From contig OY968764.1 of NCBI GenBank assembly GCA_963695335.1, positions 1,216,001 through 1,280,000 of the forward strand: 64,000 nt of DNA, read 5' to 3'. Shown piece after piece: positions 11,184-22,237 of the stretch. Numbering within the stretch: position 1 is the first letter of the stretch; each line of letters begins with the position of its first letter. The notes beneath the pieces were generated by a model. That model was not told the origin of the DNA. It saw only the letters and a list, made by a program, of their open reading frames with translations, and searched no databases. This stretch comes from an uncultured bacterium (GTDB lineage: Bacteria; Babelota; Babeliae; Babelales; Vermiphilaceae). The position numbers were made by a program, and so were the translations under genes.

Positions 11184-11801
11184 CTACGCTTTACGTACAA
11201 AGACCAATGATCCTGCTTTACCAGGGATTGATCCTTTTACTAATAACGTTTTGGTTTCTGCTTCCACCATAACTATCTCTAGGTTTCTCATCATTTGGTT
11301 GTCGCAACCCATGTGACCTGGGAGTCTTTTGCCTTTGATAACATGACCACTTTTCACCAATGAGCCAATAGAACCTGGGCGTTTACCCATTGTACAACCA
11401 TGACTAGCTCGAGGTCCTCTAAATCTGTGACGTTTTACAACACCAGCAAATGATTTACCTATTGTTTTACTGCGAACGTCAACTTTATCACCAAGTTGTA
11501 CAAGCTGTGAAAAATCAATTGCTTTACCAACTACGTATTCAGTTGCTGTATCTTTAAGAAGAATTTCTCGAACAAAACTATAATATTGATTTGGGTTTTT
11601 AATCCATTCTTTGTTATATTTTTCAGTTGCATAACGATCTTTTACTTTACCCACTTGAAGGGCACTGTAACCATCTCGTTCAACTGTTTTAACATTGGTG
11701 ACATACCAACCTGCAACGTCAATAGCGGTAACAGGTACCACTTTGTCATCTGCAAATATTTGCGTCATCCCAATTTTTCGACCCCATATTCCTGTTGTCA
11801 T
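11184..11801 (-). CDS. rplC: 50S ribosomal protein L3
   Basis: GRKIGMTQIF, DGYSALQ, RPGSIG, GKRLPGHMG. Confidence 0.97.
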   Translation of the reverse strand: MTTGIWGRKIGMTQIFADDKVVPVTAIDVAGWYVTNVKTVERDGYSALQVGKVKDRYATEKYNKEWIKNPNQYYSFVREILLKDTATEYVVGKAIDFSQLVQLGDKVDVRSKTIGKSFAGVVKRHRFRGPRASHGCTMGKRPGSIGSLVKSGHVIKGKRLPGHMGCDNQMMRNLEIVMVEAETKTLLVKGSIPGKAGSLVFVRKA

Positions 11802-11809
11802 TTGATTCC

Positions 11810-12115
11810 TTACTTAATTTCCACGTCTACGCCAGAGGAAATATTGAGCTTCATAAGAGAATCCATAGTTTTATCTGACGGAGAGATAATATCAAGAATA
11901 CGCTTATGAGTTGTTAACTCAAATTGCTCACGTGACTTTTTGTCTATATGAGGAGATCGCAATACAGTAAAACATCGTCGTTTATTAGGAAGAGGAACAG
12001 GTCCCATTAATTGGGCACCTGTTCTTTTTGCAGTCAAAACAATCTGCTTGACAGCCTTATCTAATAAACGATGATCGAATGATTGTAACTTAAGTCTAAT
12101 ACATTGCTTTTTCAT
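11810..12115 (-). CDS. rpsJ: 30S ribosomal protein S10
   Basis: [34 protein letters not shown]. Confidence 0.98.
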   Translation of the reverse strand: MKKQCIRLKLQSFDHRLLDKAVKQIVLTAKRTGAQLMGPVPLPNKRRCFTVLRSPHIDKKSREQFELTTHKRILDIISPSDKTMDSLMKLNISSGVDVEIK

Positions 12116-12130
12116 CGATCACCTAACGTT

Positions 12131-13321
12131 TTAATCTAAAATTTCAGTTATAACACCGGATCCAACAGTTCTTCCACCTTCACGAATAGCAAAACGAAGA
12201 TCTTTGTTCATTGCTATTTTTGAAATCAATTCAACTGTAAGTTCAACAGTATCTCCTGGCATTACCATCTCACGCCCTTCTGGCAATGAAACAATACCAG
12301 TTACGTCTGTTGTTCTGAAGTAGAACTGTGGGCGGTATCCGCCAAAGAATGCACTGTGTCTTCCGCCTTCATCTTTTGATAGAATATATGCTTTGCAACG
12401 GAATTTTTTATGCGGCTTAATGCTACCTGGTTTTGCGATAACCATACCACGTTCAATATCTTCTTTTTTAGTACCACGAAGAAGCAAACCAACGTTATCG
12501 CCAGCTAAACCTTCATTCAATGATTTTCTAAACATTTCAACGCCGGTAACAGTAGTTTTAACTGTGTCATGAAGACCAACAAGTTCAACTTCTTCACCAA
12601 CTTTAACTTTTCCAGCTTCAATACGGCCAGTAGCTACAGTACCACGACCTGCAATTGAAAACACACCTTCAACTGGCATCATGAATGGTTTATCAATTTC
12701 ACGAGCAGGATCTGGAATGTAAGAATCAAGAGCATCAACAAGTCTTTGAATTGAAGGTTCACCAAGGTCATCTTGATCACCATTAAGAGCTTTAAGAGCT
12801 GATCCTTTAATCACAGGAATTTGGTCTCCAGGGAAATCGTACTTTTTAAGCAAGTCACGAATTTCTTCTTCAACCATTTCAACCATGTCTGCATCATCAA
12901 CCATGTCAACTTTGTTAAGAAAAACAACAAGAGCAGGTACGCCAACTTCACGTGCCAATATGATATGCTCACGAGTCTGTGGCATTGCACCATCAGCTGC
13001 TGAAACAACCAAAATCGCTCCATCCATCTGTGCTGCACCAGTGATCATGTTTTTTACATAATCAGCATGCCCAGGACAGTCAATATGCGCATAGTGGCGT
13101 TTGTCTGTTTCATATTCAACATGAGAAGTTGAAATAGTAATACCACGTTCTCTTTCTTCTGGTGCTTTATCAATTTGATCATATGCACGCGCTTCAGCAT
13201 AACCTTTTTTAGCCAAATAACTTGTAATTGCAGCGGTCAACGTTGTTTTACCATGATCAACGTGGCCGATGGTACCAACATTCACATGTGGTTTTTTTCG
13301 TTCAAATACGCCTTTTGCCAT
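12131..13321 (-). CDS. tuf: Elongation factor Tu
   Basis: [39 protein letters not shown]. Confidence 0.99.
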   Translation of the reverse strand: MAKGVFERKKPHVNVGTIGHVDHGKTTLTAAITSYLAKKGYAEARAYDQIDKAPEERERGITISTSHVEYETDKRHYAHIDCPGHADYVKNMITGAAQMDGAILVVSAADGAMPQTREHIILAREVGVPALVVFLNKVDMVDDADMVEMVEEEIRDLLKKYDFPGDQIPVIKGSALKALNGDQDDLGEPSIQRLVDALDSYIPDPAREIDKPFMMPVEGVFSIAGRGTVATGRIEAGKVKVGEEVELVGLHDTVKTTVTGVEMFRKSLNEGLAGDNVGLLLRGTKKEDIERGMVIAKPGSIKPHKKFRCKAYILSKDEGGRHSAFFGGYRPQFYFRTTDVTGIVSLPEGREMVMPGDTVELTVELISKIAMNKDLRFAIREGGRTVGSGVITEILD

Positions 13322-13353
13322 CGTTTATACTCCTACGATTAACACAAAAATTA

Positions 13354-15436
13354 TTACTTTTTATTTTTTGTAACTATTGCATCTTGTACGTTTTTAGGAA
13401 CCTCTCTATAACACAGAAATTCCATATCATAGCTTGCTCGTCCCTTAGTCATCGAACGAAGAGTTGTTGAATAACCAAACATCTCTCCAAGAGCCACTTC
13501 TGCCGAAATAATTTGCTGATTAAATTCTGTTTTGGAATCTAAGATACGTCCACGACGAGCATTAAGATCTCCAATAACATCACCGATGTTTTCATCTGGC
13601 GTATAAACGTTAACCATCATAATTGGTTCAAGCAATACAGGAGACGCTTTTTCCATAGCCGATCTAAATGCCATTGAAGCGGCAACTTTAAATGCTATTT
13701 CAGAAGAGTCAACATCATGGTATGAACCATCGTACAAAGTAACTTTAACATCAACAACAGGGTAGCTGCCTAAAATACCGGCATTCAATGTTTCACGAAT
13801 ACCTTTTTCAACAGCAGGGATAAACTCTCTCGGAATTGTTCCACCAACAACGGCGTTAACAAATTCAAATCCTTTACCACGCTCCATTGGTTCCATTTTT
13901 ATCCAAACGTGACCAAATTGACCGCGACCACCAGATTGGCGAACAAATTTACCTTCTGCATCAGCAAGCTTTTGAACAGTTTCTCTATAAGCAACTTGCA
14001 ACTTACCTTGAACAACTTCAACTTTGTGTTCTCGGCGTAAGCGATCAACAACGATCTCCAAATGCAACTCACCCATACCAGAAATTTCTGTTTGCCCTGT
14101 TTCTTCATTATAAGAAAATCTAAAAGATGGATCTTCTTGCATCATTTTACGTAATGCAACAATCATTTTCTCATAATCAGCCTTATTTTTAGGCTCAACA
14201 GATGTAGCAATTACCGGAGTCGGAATAGTAATAGATTCAAGGACGACAGGTGCTTTATCTATACACAACGTATCCCCAGTTTGCGCATCTTTAATACCTA
14301 CAATAGCGGCAATATCACCAGCTCTTACACTCGAGATTTCTTCGCGCTTATTTGCATGCATTTTCAACAATCTACTCACACGTTCTTTTTCACCAGTTCT
14401 TACACTGTGCACATAAGAACCTGATTTTAATTCACCCGAATAAATACGAACAAAGTTTAAAACCCCAACAAAAGGATCTGACATAATCTTAAATACAAGA
14501 CCATAAAATGGCCCGTTAGGATCTGATGGGATTGGAAACTTTTCACCAGTATCAGTATTAGTTCCTTCAATTGCTTGAACATCGAGTTGGCGAAGGAAGA
14601 TAATCTACCACGCCATCAAGTAACAACTGAACACCCTTGTTTTTAAATGCAGAACCACAAAAAACTGGCACAACTTTAAGCGCAGCAACACCTTTACGAA
14701 GGGCAGCTTTAATTTCAGGAACAGTAATTTCTTCTTCCATAAGATATTTTTCAGCTAAAGCTTCATCAAGATCACACGCAGCGATGACTATTTTTGCGCG
14801 CAAATCTTCCATTTGAGTATGGTACTCTTTTGGAACATCAACCCACTCAACAATTTCGCCATTTTCGCCCGAAAAAGTGGCCATTTTACGTGTTAGCAAA
14901 TCAATGATCGATTCAAAATCTTCTGACATACCAATTTGCATTTGCATTGCCACAACATTAGCACCAAGTTTCATTCTAATATTGTCAACAACACGCAAAT
15001 AGTCTGCCCCAATACGATCAAGTTTATTAACAAAAACAATGCGTGGGACCTTGTAGCGATTAGCTTGTTTCCACACTGTTTCAGATTGAGGCTGAACGCC
15101 TTCAACTCCAGAGAATACCGCAACTACACCATCAAGAACACGCATTGAACGTTCAACTTCAATGGTAAAATCAATATGTCCCGGCGTATCAATAATATTA
15201 ATTTGATGATCGCGCCAAAAACTTGTTGTTGCAGCAGCAGTGATAGTAATACCACGCTCTTGCTCCTGCTCCATCCAGTCCATAGTTGCTTCACCTTCAT
15301 GCACTTCACCAATCTTATGGGAAATGCCGGTGTAAAACAAAATACGCTCTGTTACCGTTGTTTTACCAGCGTCAATATGTGCCGCGATACCAATATTTCT
15401 GTATCGCTCTAATGGTAACTGTTGTTTCACTGACAT
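13354..15436 (-). CDS. fusA: Elongation factor G, split into two ORFs by a 1-nt insertion at 14587-14588 (probable sequence error)
   Basis: [18 protein letters not shown] in 14567..15436; GMGELHL and [12 protein letters not shown] in 13354..14484. Removing one A from CCA-A-CTC gives [13 protein letters not shown]...FKIMSDPF, a continuous 693-aa protein. Confidence 0.95.
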
Positions 15437-15448
15437 AATAACCCTCTT

Positions 15449-15931
15449 TTACCATGCATAATGAGAGAATGCTCTATTTGCATCCGCCATACGTTGAACA
15501 TCAGTTCTTTTTTTAACCGCGCCACCTTTTTGCTCGGTTGCATCCAACAGTTCACGTCCAAGACGCAATCCCATTGTTTTATCAGAGCGAGTTTTAGCAG
15601 ATGAAACAAGCCAACGGAGAGCTAATGCTCTTCTACGTTTTTCACTTACTTCACGAGGGATTTGGTAGGTGCTACCACCAACACGACGAGAACGAACTTC
15701 GATAAAAGGAGCTACTTGCTCAAACGCACGGTGGAAAAGCTCTAACGCTTTTTTCTCATCACCATTAGTTTTTTTTGTAAGCAAATCCATAGCTTCGTAC
15801 ACTATTGTTCTTGCACAATTTTTTTTACCGCGTTCCATCACAACATTGATGAGTTTTTGAACTAACGCAGATCCAAATTTTGGATCAACGCCAATTTCTC
15901 TTATAAATTCGACTTGTCTACGCCTTGGCAT
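15449..15931 (-). CDS. rpsG: 30S ribosomal protein S7
   Basis: EVRSRRVGGSTYQIP, MADANRAFSHYAW. Confidence 0.98.
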   Translation of the reverse strand: MPRRRQVEFIREIGVDPKFGSALVQKLINVVMERGKKNCARTIVYEAMDLLTKKTNGDEKKALELFHRAFEQVAPFIEVRSRRVGGSTYQIPREVSEKRRRALALRWLVSSAKTRSDKTMGLRLGRELLDATEQKGGAVKKRTDVQRMADANRAFSHYAW

Positions 15932-15942
15932 AATTCAATTCC

Positions 15943-16335
15943 TTACTTACTTTTTGGACGTTTAGCGCCATAAAGAGAACGACCTTGTCTTCTTTTGTCT
16001 ACGCCAGCACAATCCAATGCGCCTCTTACGATATGGTATTTAACACCAGGTAAATCCTTAACACGACCACCACGCACAAGAACAACAGAGTGCTCTTGTA
16101 AGTTATGACCTTCACCTGGTATATATGCAGTTACTTCTATACCTGTAGTTAACTTAACACGAGCAACTTTACGAAGAGCAGAGTTAGGCTTTTTGGGCGT
16201 CGTAGTAAAAACACGGGTACAAACCCCTTTAGCGAAAGGTCCTTTAAGAAACAACCCTCTTCTGAGAGCAGGACTTTTTGGTTTCGCTTTAATTTTATTT
16301 CTACCAAATCGACATAATTGATTAATCGTTGGCAT
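15943..16335 (-). CDS. rpsL: 30S ribosomal protein S12
   Basis: [28 protein letters not shown]. Confidence 0.98.
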   Translation of the reverse strand: MPTINQLCRFGRNKIKAKPKSPALRRGLFLKGPFAKGVCTRVFTTTPKKPNSALRKVARVKLTTGIEVTAYIPGEGHNLQEHSVVLVRGGRVKDLPGVKYHIVRGALDCAGVDKRRQGRSLYGAKRPKSK

Positions 16336-16630
16336 GCAGACAAATCCTTATATTATCACGTTATGAAAAATAGTTTATTATATAATCGCAACTTTTAATC
16401 CAATGTTACAGGTGGGCACTCAAGTTGACTAATTGCTATTTTACCCTCTTTGTGAATTTTTTCAAGAAAATAATTCACAACCTGTACCAGAAAAGCACCC
16501 TACATTCAACCTTTTTGTGAAAAAAGAGGTTCAAAAAGCGATGGACTTCTATTCTTAATAATGATAGCTTATTTTTACTCAATTGGCAAAAACAGTTTTA
16601 CGTTTTATCAGCTAGAAAAGGGCTATTTTT

Positions 16631-17773
16631 ATGATTTCAACATATATTTCACAATTATTACTCAACTTTCAGAATCTTTTTTCTATTCTGCTTGGAATTT
16701 TAGGAATAGGCTTTCTGATAGGGTTTCACGAGCTTGGACATTTTCTATTTGCTAAACTTTTTAAAGTTCGCGTACCTTCTTTTTCCCTTGGATTTGGTCC
16801 CCGATTATTGACTAAAAAAATAGGTGAAACTGAATTTTGTCTATCAGCGATCCCCTTTGGAGGTTATGTTGAACTAGCAGGAGCAGCAGAAGTGGGACAA
16901 GGAGAACAAAAAGAAGCATTTGCTAACGATGAAGGCTCTTTTGCAATTAAACCATTCTATCAAAAACTATGCGTGATGCTTGGCGGCATCCTTTTTAACT
17001 TTATTTTCGCCTATTTTGCAATGACCTTTCTTTTCATGACAGGAATCCCCAAAACCCCTCATATTTCACAACCAGTCATTGCAGTGGTTCATCAACAATC
17101 TGCAGCTGAAAATGGTGGGTTGCATGTCGGCGACCGCATTGTATCAATCAATGAACAACCAATTGGACGCAATGTCCAAGAGATTCAAAAAATCATTCAG
17201 CCGCTTGCTCTTAAACAAGCTACTATTGTTGTTGAACGCAATGGAGAACAGTTCAGCAAAACCGTTCTGGTTAGCAATCAAGAAACAGAAGCTGGCCCTG
17301 TTGGCGTATTAGGCATTGAATTTGACTATCTACCAACACCCGCTCACTCATTTAAAGATGCGTTAATGCTCAGCATTACCACTTGCAACCGATGGATAAA
17401 AGAAACAATCAATGGATTTTTACAATTAAAAAGAAATATCGGTCAAGTGGGAGGCCCAATCATGATCATTGCTATGACAGCCAAAAGCAGCGCTCACGGA
17501 TTTGCCCTTTATCTTCTTTTACTTGCCCTAATCAGCATAAACCTGGCAGTTTTAAATCTTATTCCACTTCCAATACTTGATGGTGGCCAAATACTATTTT
17601 ATTCCATAGAAGCGATCATTGGTCGCCCTATACCACACAAAATTCGTGAATACATCCACATTGCAACCGCTATCTTGTTTATGATCTTCTTTGTTTATCT
17701 GACTATCAATGATATCAGCAGATTAGCAAGCTCATATATTGATTCAATACTCAAACTATTACACATACGCTAA
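16631..17773 (+). CDS. rseP: Site-2 protease RseP (M50, PDZ)
   Basis: HELGH, FSLGFGP, IPFGGYV, PDZ GLHVGDRI, NLIPLPILDGG. Confidence 0.93.
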   Translation: MISTYISQLLLNFQNLFSILLGILGIGFLIGFHELGHFLFAKLFKVRVPSFSLGFGPRLLTKKIGETEFCLSAIPFGGYVELAGAAEVGQGEQKEAFANDEGSFAIKPFYQKLCVMLGGILFNFIFAYFAMTFLFMTGIPKTPHISQPVIAVVHQQSAAENGGLHVGDRIVSINEQPIGRNVQEIQKIIQPLALKQATIVVERNGEQFSKTVLVSNQETEAGPVGVLGIEFDYLPTPAHSFKDALMLSITTCNRWIKETINGFLQLKRNIGQVGGPIMIIAMTAKSSAHGFALYLLLLALISINLAVLNLIPLPILDGGQILFYSIEAIIGRPIPHKIREYIHIATAILFMIFFVYLTINDISRLASSYIDSILKLLHIR

Positions 17774-17775
17774 TT

Positions 17776-17853
17776 CTTCGACCCGCCGTCGCCAAGGCTT
17801 TGGTGGGCAGGCAGCGTTTACTGCTGAGCCTGACGAAGTATCAGAATGAACGC
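17776..17853. repeat. Composite REP-like element: a type-C hairpin nested in a type-B core
   Basis: CTTCGA-[CCCGCCGTCGCCAAGGCTTTGGTGGG]-CAGG...CTGAGCCTGACGAAG..TCAGAATGAACGC. Confidence 0.65.
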
Positions 17854-17887
17854 AAAAAAAGCAGGATTTTAAGTCCTGCTTTTTTTT
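17854..17887. terminator. Bidirectional intrinsic terminator between convergent rseP and rplM
   Basis: A7-GCAGGA-loop-TCCTGC-T8. Confidence 0.85.
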
Positions 17888-17905
17888 ATATCTAAACTTT
17901 ATAGC

Positions 17906-18364
17906 TTAACCACGTGGTTTTTGAATTTCTAATTCAATCACTTCTGGGCCTTGTGCAACATGGGGATGTTCTGATCCCGCGTACACTTTAAGCTTTTTGA
18001 TAATTTGTCTGCTTAACTTGTTTTTAGGAAGCATACGTCTAACTGCTAATTCAACCAATTGTGTTGGGTGCTTTGCATGTAAATCTTTAGCAGGGATTTC
18101 TTTTTTTCCACCCTGCCAACCAGATACTCTCACGTACTCTTTATCTTCCCATTTATCACCAGAAAGGATAATTTTATCTGCATTGGTAATGATCACATAA
18201 TCACCACAATCTGTATGTGGAGTAAAGTGAGGCTTATCTTTGCCGCGTAATCTATCTGCAACAAACGTAGCCAAGCGACCAAGAACCTTACCTTCTGCGT
18301 CAATATGACACCATCCAGCTACTACATCTTCTTTACGTGGATAAAACGTATTATTCATACTCAT
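17906..18364 (-). CDS. rplM: 50S ribosomal protein L13
   Basis: IDAEGKVLGRLA, LRGKDKPHFTPHTDCGD, MLPKN, LKVYAGSEHPH. Confidence 0.97.
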   Translation of the reverse strand: MSMNNTFYPRKEDVVAGWCHIDAEGKVLGRLATFVADRLRGKDKPHFTPHTDCGDYVIITNADKIILSGDKWEDKEYVRVSGWQGGKKEIPAKDLHAKHPTQLVELAVRRMLPKNKLSRQIIKKLKVYAGSEHPHVAQGPEVIELEIQKPRG

Positions 18365-18468
18365 AGATCATCACCTTTTAAAACAATTTTATTGTAACTA
18401 ATTTTTAAAGAGTGGGGCTCTTTCTTCTAAGGTAGCTCATTATTACCAGTCGGTCAATAGAAAAACGG

Positions 18469-20034
18469 CTATTTAACCCTGTTTTTTCCATAATTTAACA
18501 CCATTATCATCAACCCATTCACCACAATTCCTGCACCAAGGGATACACAGAAGCTCTTATAAAACCCACTGTCATACAACAATCCAACAACTATGAAAGC
18601 TGCCAACGTACCAATAACCACCGGAACTGCATAATCAAATTGAGATCTTGCATGCCGCAATGGTTCTATGCCCGTACTTGTTGCCGTCATAACCGTTGTA
18701 TCTGCAACAGGAGAAATATGGTTTCCACACGCAGCCCCAGAGAGCACCGCACCGAGTGCAGGGAATAAAAGCGGTATTTGATCAAGCTCCACGGGAGGAG
18801 TAAGTTGCAACAAAGAAATAAGCATTTGCGTTGTAATAGGGATTAACAATGAAAATGTACCCCAAGCAGATCCTGTTGCAAGCGTAATAACCAAGGATGC
18901 AATAAATGACATTACGGGAATTAACCATAATGAAACCGTACCCAGTAAAAGATGCGCTACATAGCTTCCTGTCTGCAGTTCAAGACGTAAAAAGGTCCCC
19001 AAAATAGATGCAAGCGCAACCATCATGATAGAAGATTTCATTAACACAGCCCCTTCATACACAAACAAAGGAATCTGCGCACATGAAATCTTTTTTTTAT
19101 ACACAAAAAATAACACACTCAAAATAAATGAGACCAAGCTTGAAATGAAGAAAATCAAAAATGTTTTATCATTTTCTCTGAATGCATCAAAAAATGAATT
19201 ATTACCACCAAAAAGATGATAATTGCCTGCATATAATATGCCAAACAACACACCTCCAATAAATACAGTAAGCGGCATTAACAGCTCAAATAATGAATGG
19301 TCGCGCGCCACAGCAGCATCATTTTCACTCATGACCACCGCATCACGCTCATCTTGTGCTATTAACCCATATCCAACACGGAATATAACAAAACAAAAAA
19401 CTGATACAACAACAAGTAATGAATAAAACACAAACGGAATCGTTTTCAAATAAACATACAATGGATCAGCTATAATTTTATGAGGTGCATTCATGTGAAT
19501 GCCAGCATTATCAAGCTGCACCAAAATCACCGCAGCCCATGTTGATATCGGCATAATGATAACTAATGGCCCTGCTAGAGCATGCACTATATACGCAAGT
19601 TTTGTTCGCGCAACAGCAAATCTATCCGCTATCGGTTTCATCACAAAACCAACCGTTAAAATACTCAAATAATCATCAATACTTAATAAAAAAGAAAGCA
19701 TGATTGTTGATAATTCAACACCACGCTTTGTACGCATTTTTTTACCAATGATGCGTGCACATCCTGCAGCAGCTCCCGTCACCGTTAACAATGTAATAAG
19801 TGAACTGATAACAATCAACAAAAGATACATATAGATGTTATCCAGATCAGTAAAATGAGTAACGCATTTCTCTCCACATAACATTAATGCAGAAATTACA
19901 TTCCCCTGCGTTGCAATCAATGCAGCAGAAGCAATTCCTAATGCAAGTGAAAGGTTCAAATGCTGCGTAACATACACAGCACCTATTACAATTATTGGTG
20001 GCAATAACGAAAGCCATGTTAACTGCATACACAA
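18469..20034 (-). CDS. Na+/H+ antiporter NhaC-family transporter
   Basis: WLSLLPP, IDDY, MPISTW, ATGSAWGTF, GNHISPVADTT; many TM segments. Confidence 0.85.
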   Translation of the reverse strand: MCMQLTWLSLLPPIIVIGAVYVTQHLNLSLALGIASAALIATQGNVISALMLCGEKCVTHFTDLDNIYMYLLLIVISSLITLLTVTGAAAGCARIIGKKMRTKRGVELSTIMLSFLLSIDDYLSILTVGFVMKPIADRFAVARTKLAYIVHALAGPLVIIMPISTWAAVILVQLDNAGIHMNAPHKIIADPLYVYLKTIPFVFYSLLVVVSVFCFVIFRVGYGLIAQDERDAVVMSENDAAVARDHSLFELLMPLTVFIGGVLFGILYAGNYHLFGGNNSFFDAFRENDKTFLIFFISSLVSFILSVLFFVYKKKISCAQIPLFVYEGAVLMKSSIMMVALASILGTFLRLELQTGSYVAHLLLGTVSLWLIPVMSFIASLVITLATGSAWGTFSLLIPITTQMLISLLQLTPPVELDQIPLLFPALGAVLSGAACGNHISPVADTTVMTATSTGIEPLRHARSQFDYAVPVVIGTLAAFIVVGLLYDSGFYKSFCVSLGAGIVVNGLMIMVLNYGKNRVK

Positions 20035-20063
20035 TCCTTAGAATTTACCCGAAAATTCCAATT

Positions 20064-20117
20064 CCGCTCGCCCTGAGTGTTTTTGCAAAAGCAAAAATGT
20101 ATCGAAGGGTTAAGCGG
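20064..20117 (+). repeat. REP-like palindrome type A
   Basis: CCGCTCGCCCTGAGTG-TTTTTGC AAAA GCAAAAA-TGTATCGAAGGG. Confidence 0.85.
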
Positions 20118-20128
20118 GGGGGAGTTAA

Positions 20129-21520
20129 TTAATTAAAATCTTCATCATCAAAATCTTCGTCTTCGTCATCTTCATACTCATCTTCTTCATCATCACTCTC
20201 ACCACTCAACGCTTGCTGCATTAATCGTTCAATATCATCAGCATCTTTTGGCAAACGTTCACTCAAACAAATTGCACCATCTTTGGTGATCCAATAATTA
20301 TCTTCAATACGAATACCGATATTTTCTGCAGCGATATAAATACCCGGTTCGATCGTGATAACATCACCTTCATGCAACGGCACATTATAATCACCAACAT
20401 CATGAACATCAAGCCCAAGATAATGACCAACTCCATGAGGAAAATATTTGTCATAACCACGTTGAGCTAAAAATTTTACCGCCAAATGATGCAATGATTT
20501 ATCAACTTTATCTTTGTTTTTAAGCCACATACCTGGCTTTGCTAGCGATGCAATATGTTCTTGTGTTTCAAGAACAATGTTATACAACTCTTTTTGGCGC
20601 TTGGTAAACGTTCCTGATACGGGATACGTACGCGTTAAATCAGCACAGTAATTATCAAGTTCTGCACCAATATCAACAACTACCAAATCACCATTTTTAA
20701 CTGATCCACTGTTTTGATTATAGTGCAGCACCGTACCATTTTTACCACTTGCAACAATGCTTGGAAATGATGGTCGTGCGTGAGATGCAATCATCATATA
20801 TTCCAAAGAAGCTTGCACTTCAGCTTCCAAAACATCATGTTTTATCGCTTGCACTGCTGATTCATGCGCAAGTTCAGTAATTTCTATAGCGCGATATATG
20901 TGCTCAACTTCACCCATATCTTTACGACGTCGACTTGCTGCTATAAACGATGAAACATCAACAACTGATTTTTGCAATTCAGGAATAAATTTTTGTAGAT
21001 GATCCAGAATAAACCGTGTATTCACGTATTCGTGACCATTGTTTGGTGCAGTAGTGAAGAGCGTTCCACCATCTTTTAACAGATCTTCTATCAATGCAAT
21101 CATATGCGCATATTCATGCTGAGAAAAATAAGGATTCAATTCACACCCTGCACATTCATCACCCAACAGTTCAACTGCATCAACGCCCAATGCCTTTGCA
21201 TCACGGTTAACTAATGCTGCTGGCAATGTCATCCATTGTGCACGTTTTTCAAAACAGTTAGGAATATACAATGTTGATTTGCCCGTCATATCAATAACCA
21301 AAGCAGTGCCTGGTTCATTCACTCCGGTATAATAATAAAATGTCTTATCTTGTCTAAAACGCTCACTACCTTGTTCAAATGCCGCAAATAAAACAACTTT
21401 GCCGTTTTTTTTATCCGGCAACTCGGACTTAATAGCCTCAATTAATTCTTTTCTTCGCAATGAATAGACTGATAATTTATCTGTACGTGGCGCCAAACCA
21501 CCAAAAAAATCTGATATCAT
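20129..21520 (-). CDS. pepP: Xaa-Pro aminopeptidase (M24B) with acidic tail
   Basis: FRQDKTFYYYTG, LHY, DIGAE..YCADLTRT, HGVGHYLGLDVHD, TIEPGIY, GIRIED. Confidence 0.92.
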   Translation of the reverse strand: MISDFFGGLAPRTDKLSVYSLRRKELIEAIKSELPDKKNGKVVLFAAFEQGSERFRQDKTFYYYTGVNEPGTALVIDMTGKSTLYIPNCFEKRAQWMTLPAALVNRDAKALGVDAVELLGDECAGCELNPYFSQHEYAHMIALIEDLLKDGGTLFTTAPNNGHEYVNTRFILDHLQKFIPELQKSVVDVSSFIAASRRRKDMGEVEHIYRAIEITELAHESAVQAIKHDVLEAEVQASLEYMMIASHARPSFPSIVASGKNGTVLHYNQNSGSVKNGDLVVVDIGAELDNYCADLTRTYPVSGTFTKRQKELYNIVLETQEHIASLAKPGMWLKNKDKVDKSLHHLAVKFLAQRGYDKYFPHGVGHYLGLDVHDVGDYNVPLHEGDVITIEPGIYIAAENIGIRIEDNYWITKDGAICLSERLPKDADDIERLMQQALSGESDDEEDEYEDDEDEDFDDEDFN

Positions 21521-21538
21521 AATAACCTTTACAATGAT

Positions 21539-21628
21539 GCCGTCGTATGCTTCGACAAGCTCAGCACGAACGGCTAATAAAATATTACAAACTCCGTTCG
21601 CATTGAGCCTGTCGAAATGTGCGAACGG
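21539..21628. repeat. Inverted pair of REP-like type B elements
   Basis: CTTCGACAAGCTCAGCACGAACGG (21539-21574) and CCGTTCGCATTGAGCCTGTCGAA (21594-21628). Confidence 0.85.
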
Positions 21629-22237
21629 TTAAAATGGGCGTCGCTCTGAAAGAGCTTTAAACACCGTTAAACGGTCCATACCTTCCAAAGATGAGCCTAC
21701 TGGCAAACCACGCGCCAAACAAGAGATAACAATATTTTTATCTTTTAGTTTGCGTGCAATATAACTTGCAGTCGCTTCCCCCTCAGGCGTTTGATTTGTT
21801 GCTAAAATGAGCTCTTTAATTATTCCTTTTCCCACTCGTTCAACAAGCGCATCAATCGTCAAATCTTCCGCATCCACACCTTCAAGTGGAGAAATTGATC
21901 CACCAAGCACATGATACAATCCTATGTACCCTTTTGTTTTTTCTATCGCAACAATTTCTTGCCATGTTTCTACAACACAGACCGTTGCATGATCCCGTTT
22001 TGATGATGCACAAAAAATACATCCTGCTGATATTTCTCGCCAAAAAAAACATTGATCACATTTCTTTAAACGATCTTTTACCACTTCTAATGATGCACAA
22101 AATTGCGCAACATGTTGTGGTTCCATCTCTAAAAAATGAGAAGCAACTCGATATAAATTTTTTGAAGCTAAATATGGAACTTGTTGTAAAATTTTAAGCA
22201 AATGCGCAAGTGACGGCAATTCTTCTATCATAGTCAC
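21629..22237 (-). CDS. recR: Recombination mediator RecR
   Basis: CDQC..CIFC zinc finger, CVVE, YHVLGGSISP, ILATNQTPEGEATA, LARGLPVG. Confidence 0.96.
   Translation of the reverse strand: MTMIEELPSLAHLLKILQQVPYLASKNLYRVASHFLEMEPQHVAQFCASLEVVKDRLKKCDQCFFWREISAGCIFCASSKRDHATVCVVETWQEIVAIEKTKGYIGLYHVLGGSISPLEGVDAEDLTIDALVERVGKGIIKELILATNQTPEGEATASYIARKLKDKNIVISCLARGLPVGSSLEGMDRLTVFKALSERRPF

Noticed and set aside
14560..14600. Programmed frameshift or intein in fusA
   Set aside because: No slippery heptamer and no inserted domain; deleting one base restores a normal-length EF-G.
173..16755. Many 60-108-aa antisense or alternative-frame ORFs over the ribosomal operon
   Set aside because: Shadow ORFs of conserved genes with no independent motifs.
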